A stretch of DNA of 64,000 bases from Eledone cirrhosa. Lineage: Eukaryota. Position 1 is the stretch's first letter. Each line of letters begins with the position of its first letter. The notes beneath the pieces were generated by a model that saw only the letters and a list, made by a program, of their open reading frames with translations, searched no databases and was not told where the DNA came from. Below are positions 23,836 to 37,169 of the stretch, piece after piece. A program made the translations under genes and the position numbers. The stretch lies in assembly GCA_964016885.1 (NCBI GenBank), contig OZ024744.1, positions 26,164,001-26,228,000 on the forward strand, in the 5' to 3' direction.

Positions 23836-25832
23836 TTACCTTACTTCTCGTAGGGGAAGGACGGCTTTTCCATCCTTTTCACTGCTTGTGGCCTCCTCAG
23901 GAAGGATGTCCTTATAAATCCTCCTGGAGAGTGCTTGTCGGAAGTCTCCGATGTCTTTGGGGAATTTTTGTTTTAGTGTCATGTACGTTTTCTGTGTGAT
24001 GCGAGTGATTTGTATGTGTGGAGGTGGTGTGAATTTTGGGGTTGTTGTGTAGTCTTTTTCTGTGATGCTGGTGTTGTGTTGGATGTAGTGTAATAATTGC
24101 TTGTTGTTCAAATTTAATGCTGTGTAGTGTGTATCGTTTTGGTTGTCTTGTTTTGTTTGCGTTTGTTGTGGGTTTGTTTCTGTTTCGCATTTTGGTGACT
24201 TTTGTGGTGTAGGTAATGGTGGTGCTGGGGATAATGATGGTGATGGTGTTGGTGTTTGGGTTGATGGGGTTGGTGATGCTGGTGTGGATGGTGGCATATC
24301 TGTCCTAACTTTTTTGTTTCTTAGTTTATTTGTTTCCCCCTGTATTTTGTTTTTGGAGGGGGGGAGGAAGAGAATTTTTTCTTTTTTGGTTTCTTTTTTT
24401 TTTTCTGAATATCGTTTCCCACTCCTCGTCGTCACAATCTGTCTCCAGTTGTGATAGGCCGGGGAGTGGAAAATCCTCCACAGCCGTTAGTTTTGGTTGT
24501 GGTGTGGTGGATGGTGTAGGCGCTGGTGCTAGTTCTGAAGCGTTGGGTGGTGGTGGTGTTGGTTTTGCTGGTGGTGGTAGTGGTGTTGGTTTTGCTACTG
24601 TTGCTGGGGTTGTTGCTGTTATAGTTGCTTCTGTTGTTGCTGCTACAGTTGTTGCTGCCATCTCTGCTACTGGTGGTGTTGATGGTTGTGTCACTGGGGT
24701 GGGTAGGAGAGGTGGCCTCAACCTTTTAGCCTGAGGGCAGAAAGCCCTTAGGTGGGTTCCTTCACCACAAACGACACACCTCGGTCTTCTGCCCTCGACA
24801 ATTACCGTGAGGTGGCTGCCGTCAGTGAGGTCTATTACCTCTGGGATCTCCTCAATGCTTTTTTGGTCCGCTTGGATCAGGAGCTCCATCCCAGATCCGG
24901 ACCAGTTTTCCTGCTTTTCTTTTGCTACTGCTATTATTTTCGTGTTGGCTTCGATGCCAGCGAGGACAGCCGCTATTAGCCAGGGAATTTCGATGGACGG
25001 TGGAACGTGGGTCACCCTGATCTTTACGAGTCTCTGGCCACAATAGCTTGGGACGAGTCTGAGGTCGTCACTTTTTAATGGGGCCATGGAGTGTTCTCTA
25101 GCCTCCTCTGGTGTTTCAAAGAACACATCCACGGTTCCATACTTTTGCCCACGTCTGATGTGGGTTTTTCTTGCCCACACATGTCCCAAAGCTTTTTGGA
25201 TTTGGGACTCGGATGCCCGTTCCACTCGGCGCGATTTTACATTTATTGTTCTATACGACACGGTGCACAGGCGCCGATGCTCCATTTTATTAGGTGGGGG
25301 TGGTGAGGCTGACCCTGTACCCATCTTTCTTTACCATTTGTTTGGCATTTTCTAAATCTTCTTGAGTTACCGTGAACGCTTCGAATTGTTTTGCTACGAT
25401 GGCGAAACTGAGTGTCGGTTTTATAATGTCATTGTTGTTGCTGTTGCTATCGTTAATATTAATTTTATTTTCAGCTGTGGTGGTGGTGACGTCAGTCGTC
25501 TTTGGTGGGGAAGAGTCCATTTTGCTTGATTTCATTTCGACATCACGAGTTAATTTATTTTTTTCTTCTTTTGTTTCTGTTGTCGCGGTGGTGGTGGTGG
25601 TGGTGGTGGTGGTTGTCGTGGTGGTGGTGGTGGTGGTGGAGGCTTTAACACCTGCAGTCATTGGTAATGGCGGGAAATGAATGTCTGCCTGAGACAAATT
25701 TAAAATATTGCTACTGCTTATATTTTTTTTTGTGTTGGCAAACGTAGTAACATTTACAATGGTGGTGTCGGTGTGAGGTGTTATTTTGTGAGGAAGGCTT
25801 TCAGCTGCTTCGTGCAGAGGTGAAGTAGCCAT
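23836..25832 (-). CDS. Tx1 ORF1 (nucleic-acid binding, CCHC knuckle) split by two frameshifts
   Basis: Overlapping ORFs 25290-25832, 24326-25324 and 23836-24435; EGRRPRCVVCGEGTHLRAFCP; one shift lies in an A homopolymer. Confidence 0.8.
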
Positions 25833-26042
25833 TTTTTTTTCAAAGGAATTTTTTGATAATAATAAAAGTTAAAATTTTGGACACAAGGCCCCAATTTTTT
25901 TAGGTGTCCTTTTCGGAAAACAATGTATGTGTGCTTATAAACAGTTAACAATAAAATTTTCCATAAATGGCAATTTTTAAACAAACGGAAATAACAAACC
26001 TTTGCGGAGCTCACGATAATACGATTTCCTACGTAGGTCGCC

Positions 26043-26076
<34 letters not shown>

Positions 26077-26083
26077 TAATAAT

Positions 26084-29000
26084 AAACAGTTCGAATAACG
26101 GTGAAGTGGAGACTGGAATGTCATGTGACAGACTCTCACCCAACAGGTGCTCCCTGGCCCAGCACCAGGGACCTGTCATTTATCCAAATACTGGTAGTGT
26201 TGGAGGAAGAAGAAGGAAAGGGACCAGAACTAACTGGACGAAATAATTGAATAGAACTGTTATGCAATGTTATCTGAAGAGTAACCCCAAGGAGAAAGGC
26301 TATAGGAAACGGATGCATAACATCTGGAACGAGATTGGTCTATTTAAATTAGATGAACAAAAATTGGCCGGGCAGGCTCGGGTAATAAGAACTAATAGGT
26401 GGATAAGGGAGTTGGAACTGGAGGAACTGAGCAGAGAGATTAGGTTGGAAATGGAGAGTGGAGTATGCCAGGCAAACGAGCCAGTGGCAAATGAAGGTGA
26501 AGAGGTCGAGAGAACGGAGGAACCACCCGAAGCAGACAATGATCTGAATGCTGAAATAAATAATACCTGGAACAAAGATACGGCCATTGAGGAGATGAAT
26601 GCTAAAGGGCTAGGACAAGATTTGGTTGATATCCTAAACTTAGTGGTAGATGAAATGAACAATGATAGTGGGAAACCTATGAACCTAAGATTTGTAGACA
26701 GGAAAAAGTTAAAAGAAACAACAGCTAAGGTAAACAAGGTCATCCAATACCTTGAGGCGAGGAACCTTCACCAGTGCAACAATATCCTCAAAGCAACAGC
26801 ATATGCGGGGAAGAAATTACTTGGCATAAAAGCAAGAGGAAACAACAAACAAGAAAGATCAGAACCTTGGTGGAAGAAACGACTGAATGTTCAAATCAGG
26901 GAAATGAGAAATGACATTGGAAGGCTTGAGTCACTACTGAGTGGGACACTACAAAACATAGACACTAAAATTAGACTGGAAATAAGTACAAAACTAGGAG
27001 GAAAAAGCTAAATATTATCATAGAGGAACTGAAGCAACGCATTGTAGCAAAGAGTGCAAAGATTAGGCGATACGAGAGCACAAGTCAGTCAGTATAGACA
27101 GAACCGCATGTTTGACAACAACCAGAAGATGTTGTTTGGACAGCTTGAAAGGAAAGAAAGAGGCAACGACTTGATCCCTGAGGCGGAACAAACTAAGACA
27201 TTCTGGAGAGGAATATGGGAGCAGGTTGTTGAACATAATGATCAGGCAGTGTGGATTGAGACAGTACAAAAGGAAATTTGTGAACAAGCACACCAACAAT
27301 CTGATTTGAGTACCACAGTTGAAACTCTTAAGGGGCAGGCCAGAAAACTAATCAACTAGAAATCACCAGCCCCAGATGGTGTGCAAGGGTATTGGAATAA
27401 AAAGATAACATTCCTCCACCCGAAACTGACAACCAAGTTCAGTGACTGCTTGATGTCAGGTGAGGTACCAGAGTGGTTCACAAAAGGTACCGCATTTCTG
27501 GTAATGAAAGACCGAATCAAGGGTAATGATGTTACCAACTATAGACCTATCACATGTCTGTCCGTAATGTGGAAACTGTTAACAAGCATTGTGTCTGAGG
27601 AAATCTACCATCACCTCCACATAAACAACTTGTAACCGGACGAACAGAAAGGAGGCTGAAAGAAGTCCCGTGGTACAAAGGACCAGTTACTTATTGATAA
27701 GATGGTAATGAGGAATTGCAGGAGGAGACACACTGGTCTTGCCATGGGATGGATAGACTACAAAAAGGCATTCGACATGGTACCTAATTCTTGGATCAAC
27801 AAAAGCCTGGAGATCTTCAAGGTGGCAGATAACCTCAGACAGTTGTTGGGCAAAAGTATGAAGTCCTGGAAAACAGAGTTAACATCAGCTGGAGAATCCT
27901 TGGGAGGCGTGAAGATCAAGAGAGGTATCTTCCAGGGAGATAGTCTGTCTCCTCTGTTGCTTGTTCTTGCCCTGATGCCCCTGACCATTATACTGCGAAA
28001 AGCAGGATACAAGTTGGGAAAGGGAGAGCTTACCATCAATCACCTCCTCTTCATGGATGATCTTAAGCTCTTCGGGAAGAGTGAGAAGGAGTTGGATGTG
28101 CTTGTTGACACTGTCCATATTTTCAGCAATGATATATGTATGCAATTTGGTATTAGTAAGTGTGGAGTCATTGTAATGAAGAGGGGTAAGTTGAGCAGAA
28201 GCAACGGAATCCAGGTACCAACAAGTGAGATGTTAAAGGAAATTGATGCTGGAGAAGGATACAAGTATTTGGGTGTTCTGGAGGCTGATGACATCAAGAA
28301 CCAAAAATGAAGGAATTGATAAGATCTGAATACATTCGGAGAGTAAGGAGCGTATTAAAATCACATCTAAATAGTAGGAATGTCATAAGTGCAGTAAATT
28401 CCCGAGCTGTGTCTATTATTAGGTACAGTGCGGGAATTCTGAGATGGAATGTTGCTGAACAAAAAGAAATGGATAGGAAGACTAGGAAGCTGTAGACTAT
28501 CTACAACCTGTTCCACAAGAGGAGTGATGTCGATAGACTCTACTTAAGGAGATCTGAAGGTGGAAGAGGTCTTATCAGCATAGAGGACTGCGTTCAGATG
28601 GAGAAAAACAACCTACCCAAATACGTGACCTATAGTAAGGAGCCAATTCTCAGAATTGTACTGAAGGAGAGGACAATAGACCAGGGGATATCCAAGGAGG
28701 AAAAAACAACAGGAGCAAGAGAAGCCTTCATGAAAAATCCCTTTATAGTACCTTCTCTGAGAAAACTGAATTCAGAGATCCAGAGACATGGAACTGGTTG
28801 AGAAGAGGAGACCTTAAAAAGGCTACAGACGGTATGCTCATGGCTGCGCAAGGGCAGGCACTCAAAACGAAGTGGTTGAAACACCATATTTACAAGGAGG
28901 AGGCTAGCCCACTGTGCAGGATCTGTGGAGAGAGAGAGGAGACTGTGGCTAACATTGTATCCGAGTGTAAACACCTAGCCCAGACTCACTATAAAGGCTG

Positions 29001-29565
29001 GAGACACGATGTGATGGGCAGGGTGATCCACTGGCATCTATGCAAAGTAAACAATTTACCACATTCTGAGAAGTGGTATGAGCATAAGCCAGAGTCGGTG
29101 ATAGAAAACGATCAGATGAAGGTGCTGTGGGATTTTAGGATACAGACGGACAAGTAACTGGAACACATTAGACCTGACCTAGTGGTTTTGGACAAGGAAA
29201 AAAGATCGTGCCTGATTGTGTATGTGGCCTGCCCATTCGACACGAGAGTGCAAGAGAAAGAGAGGGAGAAAATTAACCGATACCAGGACTTAAATTGGGA
29301 GGTAAAAAGGATTTGGAACTGCCATGAGGTCAAAGTGGTCCCGATTGTCATAGGCGCAATAGGTACTATCTCAAAGAGTTTCCAAGTATGGTTAAAGAAA
29401 TTTGGCCCCGCCCCGCTTTTTGGAACACTACAAAAGGCATGCTTGCTGGGAACAGCAAGAACCCTCCGATACGTCCTGAATATCTGAGGCTGCAGGTAAT
29501 GGCTTGATATTCATTTCAACAAACTTTCCAGTTAACTAACATCAATGACTGAGACTCAAAGAACA
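26084..29565 (+). mobile_element. Full-length degenerate R4/Dong-clade element in (TAA)n
   Basis: Single disrupted ORF about 26118-29487: N-terminal [50 protein letters not shown]. Confidence 0.95.
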
Positions 29566-29593
29566 ATAATAATAATAATAATTAATATTATTA

Positions 29594-30509
29594 TTATTTC
29601 ATTTATTAGCCACAAGGGCCGACATGTAGGGGACAATACAAGGACAGGGACAGTGGGGGTTTACAATAAGGTCGAGTAAAAGTGCACAATGGCAAGACTA
29701 ATTTATCAATGAAGATATAAAAATATAAAATAATCTATGCATAAATATAACAAAATAAATTCCCCGATAGGGGTGGACAACCCTGGGGTGACTCGGGTAC
29801 CCTACCAATCCTGAACCACCCTGCGCTTATAGGGCACCCAGGGAGAGCACCCCTCTCCTCAAGTTAGCTAGTCTATAGGCGCATGGTCAGAGTAGGCCCA
29901 TTCACACGAGCCATTCTCGCCCCATTCATCCACCTTTTAGCAAATGTACTGGGGGGGGCAGCACTTCTCTCTCCACCCTTACCTTCCTTTCCAGGTGAAA
30001 CTTGAAGAAGTTGATGAGGGATTGGCCGAAGAGAAAAGTGTCTGTCATCAGTTCTTTCAATCTGGTCCACTATATAACTTCTTTCGCAACTGCTACCAGA
30101 CAGAGGAACATTTCCTGTTCTTCCTGACCTAAGGAAAATGGCGGGTCGATATTCACTATGGACTCGGCCGTTAGCCGGATTCGCTCCAGACGCGACAGTA
30201 ACTGTTCGACATAACTCCACAAGTCTGTAATGCACGGACATTGGACAAGTGCATGCAGAACGGTTTCGTCGTTCTGTGCGCATCTTGGGCAGGTCCGTCT
30301 GACAGCACTTCCGTGCCTGTAGAGTTTATCCCGAACCGGCAGTGTCCCCGGTAGGACTGGCCAGCGAGGGATTTCTGGAAATTGTCCATCGTCCCCGGCT
30401 CGAAAGTCCTCCGGTACAGACTGGTCAGTTCGACTTCGTCGAGGCCCAAAGCTTCTCCGAGTGCGTCATCGCACTTGCCCACCACTAATCCTCTATAGAA
30501 CTCGAGAGT
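29594..30509 (-). mobile_element. Tx1 3' fragment of another subfamily
   Basis: GKCDDALGEALG..MDNFQKSLA..ARVNGPTL; 3' end AATAAATGAA adjoining the TAA/ATT tail of the Dong element. Confidence 0.9.
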
Positions 30510-31409
30510 TACAAATAAAAAAAGTTGTTACAAATAAAACAAAATGTCAGAATCGTTAGACCACCGGATGAAATGGATTGAGCTATTTACACAGACTCCT
30601 TGCGATCTGAATTCTAATCCCGCTGAGATCAACTTTGCCTTGCATCCTTTCGAGTATCAAGGAATAAATTAAGAGCGGTCGATTGGTGGAATCATTAGTG
30701 TCGGATGGAAAGCCTGTCCTAGTTTCCTTGCTTTTTGCTTTCTGAGTTCAAATCCTCCTGTGACCTACATGGGATCCTTTAACGGAGTCCCGCCTGTTGC
30801 AAGTATTCTTTAGTTTTAGGATAAATTCCCCCCCCTTACTTCCACAAGATTCGGTGCCACCTGAAGCAGTATCTAGTACCACCGTTTCTCCTGACTGAGC
30901 GATAAAAACTTCTTTTTTTGTTACTTGAATTACAACGATTGCCTTATCAGTTCACTTATCATCTCTGGTTCGCAGCTATGCTGTGGCTTCTCACTGTCTA
31001 CTATCACGCTACAATGATCTATGATCAATCTAAATTACCTACTTGTATAGTACATCTTCGCAAGCCTGACACATATGTTACTTATCACGTCTAGCGAGCC
31101 TCATGCCTCAAACGGAATGGAGCTCCATCATTTTCGACGACGAGGTTTCCAGTTGTTCGATCGACCGAACAGCTTCTTCGTGAAATTAAACGTATAAGTA
31201 GCTGAGTATACAAAAGACACGTGTACCCTTCATAAAGTTCCAAGGAAGATTTGGCGTGACAAGGCTGGAGCTTTGGATTACAAGAACAGGTACAGCCATT
31301 CCTAACAGCTTCCACACAGTTTCCGTCGACCCAACTTCACTCACAAGGCATTAGTTAACCCAAGGCTATGATAACCCAAGGCCAAGATTTCACGCAGTGG
31401 AACTGTTGC

Positions 31410-31700
31410 GAACACCCCTTTGGGATTGATGAAATGGACTCGGCGGAATATTATAAACAAACAACGTGACTCATTGACAGGATTTCGGTTGGATTCTTCC
31501 TTGAAAGTCTCACGTTTTGTAGTTGGAAGTTACACCTGAGATAAAATTGTTCGGACCCCTGCATCGTAGAAAATATAGCCAGTTTAAAGGGTTATAAAAG
31601 TCATCACAGGGGAGACTCCAACCGAACTCCTGACAATGAGTCACATTGTCTGTTTATAATAGTCCGCCGTGTTCATTTCTTTAATCCCAAAGGGGTGTTC
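31410..31700. mobile_element. MITE-like element with about 93-bp terminal inverted repeats
   Basis: GAACACCCCTTTGGGATT...TCGGTTGGA versus TCCAACCGA...AATCCCAAAGGGGTGTTC; appears to interrupt a SINE-like repeat. Confidence 0.8.
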
Positions 31701-32454
31701 ACCACGACAGGAATCGAACTTATGATTGCGAAGCGAAGTTGTTAACTATTCAGCCTGGCATCACACTAAACCACTACAACGGCCAGCAATCATTCCAAAA
31801 CATCAACTTGAAATCTCAATCTCGACTCCCTATCACATGTCGCTTGCAGAGATGTTGACATGCTGATGTTCACACCGTTATACAACTTTATCAATCTCCT
31901 CAAATTTTGACAGGTTTATAAAGATCATAAGGCTTGGTCCTTTATCCTGTCCAACACCATAACATTCTGCTGGATCTCAACAAACAGCGCTGCAGTTGAT
32001 TTAATCAACAGAACAGATTGATATTAAAATTAGCATGCAAGTGACTGGACATTGTACATGGAATCCTTTAGTGGTGTTGTCCGCGGGGCAGAGCCCTTTT
32101 ACCAACGTACCCTAGGACCAGAGCCCAATCCCCCCCCCCCTCTTCCTTTCCCCATTCTTCTGTGTCACTAGAGTTCTTGCTATTTCCCTCCTTTTCCGTT
32201 TTTCTTTATATTTTCCTATTCTTTTCAATCTATATTTTCTATTAAACTGTATTTACATGATATTTTCCAGAAATAAACAATGTTTACACATTCTCATTTT
32301 TGAAATAATTTACTAAAATAAAAATAAATAAATAAAGATTGAAATATCATTGTTCACTTGTACAGCCACAATATACGTTTAACTTATATTCAACATGACT
32401 CAACATGACACAGTGTGTGACAAAAATTGACCTTTCAATGGTAGGTACAACTCA

Positions 32455-32760
32455 TCATCATTTTACGTACGCTTTTTCCTGCTTGCAGCATCTCTCCATT
32501 TAACGCGGTCCTTCGTGATCTCCTCTGTGAGCTTCAGCTATCAGAGGTCAGCTCTCACCACCTCCACCCGTGTCTTCTGTGGTTTTCCTCTACTGCGTCT
32601 TACTTCCACCGGGAGTGGTACTTCTTCACCCAGCTGTCATCATCCATGCGTATCACATGTCCATACCAACGCAGTCTTCTCTCCCGCAGACTTCAGTTCA
32701 TTCATCTTATACACAATTTTACTCTCATCTCGTCCATACTTTGTCATTCACGCACATTGA
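32455..32760 (-). mobile_element. Old RTE-like 3' fragment
   Basis: Minus strand resembles the RLRWYGHVIRM...R.RG.P..TRVE pattern, degraded. Confidence 0.6.
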
Positions 32761-32998
32761 CATTGTACATCCATCATTAGATTTTTGCATAGCTAATTGG
32801 AAGGGAACAAGGACAAATAAAGTGTCATGCTAAAGGGTTGACAGGAATCTAACGGACGATTGTGAGCTAAACACTATAAACACTAAGTCATGTGCCATAA
32901 ACATAAAACATTGTAGATTTGTCAATTGTTTAAATACCTGTTTAGACAAATTACTTGACGTTGTGCAGCAATAAATTTAGGACAATGCTTCCACACAC

Positions 32999-33039
<41 letters not shown>

Positions 33040-33042
33040 CAG

Positions 33043-33091
<49 letters not shown>

Positions 33092-33810
33092 CAAACATAT
33101 ATATACATACATTCAAACATATATATACATATATACATAATTATACACATGCATATATATATACATACATATATAAATACATATATATATATATGTATAT
33201 ATATATATGAATATATATATATATAAGTATATATATATATATATATTTATATGTATATATATGTATATATATCTTTAAATATATAAATATATACATATAT
33301 ATATACATATATATGTATATACATATATATAAATATACATGTATAATATTTATATATATACATATATATAAATATATATATATATAGTTACACACATGCT
33401 TACATACACACATACATATATGTATACATAAATATATGCACACACACACACATATATATATATATAGAGAGAGATAAACAGATACATAGATACATAGATA
33501 AATATATATATATATATATATACAGAGAGAGAGATTCATACATACAAACACATATATACAAATATACATATATATATATATGCATTTATACATACAAACA
33601 AACATACACACATCCATACATATGCATTCAGCCACTCATATACAAACACACACATACATGTCACACACATACAAATAGGAATATATAGAAAAATAGATAT
33701 CCATTTCTTTCGACTATTAGTGTTGAATTGTTCGATTAATTGAATGAACAATTTTGCTCTTAATATAATGCTGAGGGTAATTGAGCCCGACATATATATA
33801 TATATATAGT

Positions 33811-33892
<82 letters not shown>

Positions 33893-33903
33893 ATATATAT
33901 ATA

Positions 33904-33971
<68 letters not shown>

Positions 33972-34109
33972 TTTGTATGTATGTGAAGCTAGGAGGCTTT
34001 CTGGTTAAGGTATTCAGCTCACGATCGTAAGGTTTGATTCCCAGTGGCGCGTTGTGCCCTTCAACAAGACACTTATTTCACTCTGCTGGCAAAAATGAGT
34101 TCTACCTGT

Positions 34110-34620
34110 AATACATACATTGTATATACATACATACATGCATACATACATACTGACATGGTGGCTGCCAACTCATTTTCGAGTACGGCCACTACTTTAT
34201 ATCCATGTAGGAGAACCCCTACTTATGCGCTGAACGAGTGTGACTTTTTAGTGCAGCCAGCGACTTGAAAACTCTGGTACAAACACTACACTTGTGACAA
34301 TTACTGACACATAGTGCTGGGCCCATGGTACCATGTGATGACAAGTGCAGAGAGATCTCCAGATATAAAGCAATGCATGTGCCGTGAAGCTTTTATAGTG
34401 AGCAAAAGCACTGCACAAAGCCCGTCCCACTCTCTTATCCAAGATGATATTTACCAAAAAGAAGAACAAGTCAACATCATTGGATACCATAAGGGATGCA
34501 GGTGTTATATCAGCGTTTTCCTTCTCCTAGAATTCTGCCTTGACAAAGGCTAAGGGGTCCCCTTTCCCGGTGATTTTGGATGGACATTGACTCTTAACGA
34601 CCCGACCATGAGACAGGTTG
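34110..34620 (-). repeat. Repeat copy 1 of a direct duplication next to (CATA)n
   Basis: Near-identical to 35465-36075 but lacks an internal segment of about 100 bp. Confidence 0.9.
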
Positions 34621-34644
34621 TTCATACATACATATATACATATA

Positions 34645-35425
34645 TACATAAACAGCTGTCCAAAGATGAAATCGCGGTACTATCTACCTATGAGGTATGA
34701 TGTAGTAGCCAAAACACTGTACAATGCAATCCGTAAAAAAGGTAGCCCCGATAATAAACACATTAAAAGTTACAACAATGTGGAAGACATATATTTCATA
34801 ATATGAAAGATTACTGGTGGAATGTTTCAGTAAGACGCCCAATAAAATGCAGGCTTAACAGAGCAGATATTATGATATGGGACAGAGAGAAGAAAACATG
34901 CACTGTAGTGGAAATCAGCTGCCCAGCAGATACCAATATACTATTAGCGAAGAGGAGAATATTTATGCAGAACTGATGAGAAATCTGCAGATACTCCACC
35001 CTGATTACACCTTCAGATTTATGCCTGTGATTATTGGAGCACTGGGATATGTTAGTAACTGCCTCAATACAAATCTTGAGAAGCTAGGCTTCACAGGAAC
35101 AGAAAGAACACAACTAGTTAGGAAATTACAAGTACAATCCATTAATGGAACACTAAAAATATGTAAAACGTTCCAAACATTTTCCATCTAATAACTGCAT
35201 ATACATATGTACAGATACAAAGCATATACACATGGACACATACAACTCAAAACATCCACATCCACACATACAATAACATCCATACCTGCACACACATGCA
35301 TGCAGATATGCAGACATATCTACCTAGTTGATGTGTAAATTCCAATAAGATAATCTTGTATCTATGTTAGAAACCGACTCTCTCTATTGGCAAAAAATTG
35401 TGAAAAAATAAAACCCGAAGAATAT
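34645..35425 (+). mobile_element. 3' fragment of an RLE-type non-LTR element bounded by (CATA)n
   Basis: HI..SCP..Y..RYD, NRADIMIWD..VVEISCPAD, Y..L, PVIIGALG motifs across frames. Confidence 0.8.
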
Positions 35426-35464
35426 ACATGTATACATACGTACCTACATATGTACATACAAACA

Positions 35465-36122
35465 TACATACATTGTATATACATACATACATGCATACAT
35501 ACATACTGACATGGTGGCTGCCAACTCATTTTCGAGTACGGCCACTACTTTATATCCATGTAGGAGAACCTCTACCGGTGCGCTGAACAAGTGTGACTTT
35601 TTAGTCCAGCCAGCGACTTGAAAACTCTGGTACAAACACTACACTTGTGACAATTATTGACACATATTGCTGGGCCCATGGTACTATGTGACGACAAGTG
35701 CAGAGAGATCTCTAGATATAAAGCAATGCCTGTGCCGTGAAGCTTTTATAGTGAGCAAAGGCACTGCACAAAGCCAGTCCCACTCTCTTAACCAAGATGA
35801 TATTTACCAAAAAGAAGAACAAGTCAACATCATTGGATACCATCAGGGTTGCAGGTGTTATATCAGAGTTTTCCTTCTCCTAGAATTCTGCCTTGACAAT
35901 GGCTAAGGGGTCATCTCTCCCGGTGATTTTGGATGGCCATTGACTCTTAAGAGCTCCTTTGCCCTTTGATAGGTTTTGTTTTTAGTCCTGCAGGATGTCC
36001 AAAGTCACCCTCCTCACCAAGAAACCTTGGTGGGGTTGCCAGTTTAGTCGCCAACGACCCGACCATGAGACAGGTTGTACTGGGATACATGTTACCAGTA
36101 GCACCAACTGGTGACCTGACCC
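35465..36122 (-). repeat. Repeat copy 2, possibly a LINE 5' UTR-derived element, between (CATA)n tracts
   Basis: Direct repeat of 34110-34620. Confidence 0.85.
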
Positions 36123-36409
36123 ATACATACATACATACATACATACATACATACATACATACATACATACATACATACATACATACAAACATACGATGAT
36201 AAACATTGATTGCCAGATAAATTAACTATGGAGATTTAAAAATACAAAAGTGAAAACCAATTCAAACCAAACAGTGAGTGTGTTTTATTATTTATGGCAA
36301 TATTATAACAATATGACCCTCACGAAATATAACAATATAACAATATATATATATATATATATAAGAGGTTAGTATCCTCACAGGTATTAAATACCAATGG
36401 ATATATATA

Positions 36410-36932
<523 letters not shown>

Positions 36933-37025
36933 TAGATATATAGTTATAATAATAAAATTTGAAGACTTAAATCCAAAGAGGGCTCGATAAGGATAAATAT
37001 ATATCAAATATATAAGAACCGTAGA

Positions 37026-37165
37026 GCAAATATTTATCAAAATAACAGATTAAAGTTTAAGCAAAGAATCGTTGCTTTCACCCTTAACGGGAGTTACAGA
37101 AGATCCCGTTAAGGGTGAAAGCAGCGATTCTTTGCTTTAACTTTAATCTGTTATTTTATAAATAT
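37026..37165. repeat. Palindrome with a degenerate HHR-like centre
   Basis: AAAATAACAGATTAAAG...CCCTTAACGGGA versus TCCCGTTAAGGG...CTTTAATCTGTTATTTT; CAGAAGA-TCCCGTTAAGGGT-GAAAG. Confidence 0.75.
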
Positions 37166-37169
37166 ATAT

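Larger units (their letters stand above)
20139..26042 (-). mobile_element. Full-length Tx1-clade retrotransposon in (TAA)n, ORF2 intact
   Basis: (TAA)n on both sides; 5' UTR, ORF1, ORF2 and 3' UTR ending AATAAAGAAAC-(ATT)n. Confidence 0.97.

Noticed and set aside
24326-25330. Programmed frameshifting in Tx1 ORF1
   Set aside because: The related copy at about 62020-62100 reads through the first junction in one frame, and the second lies in a homopolymer.
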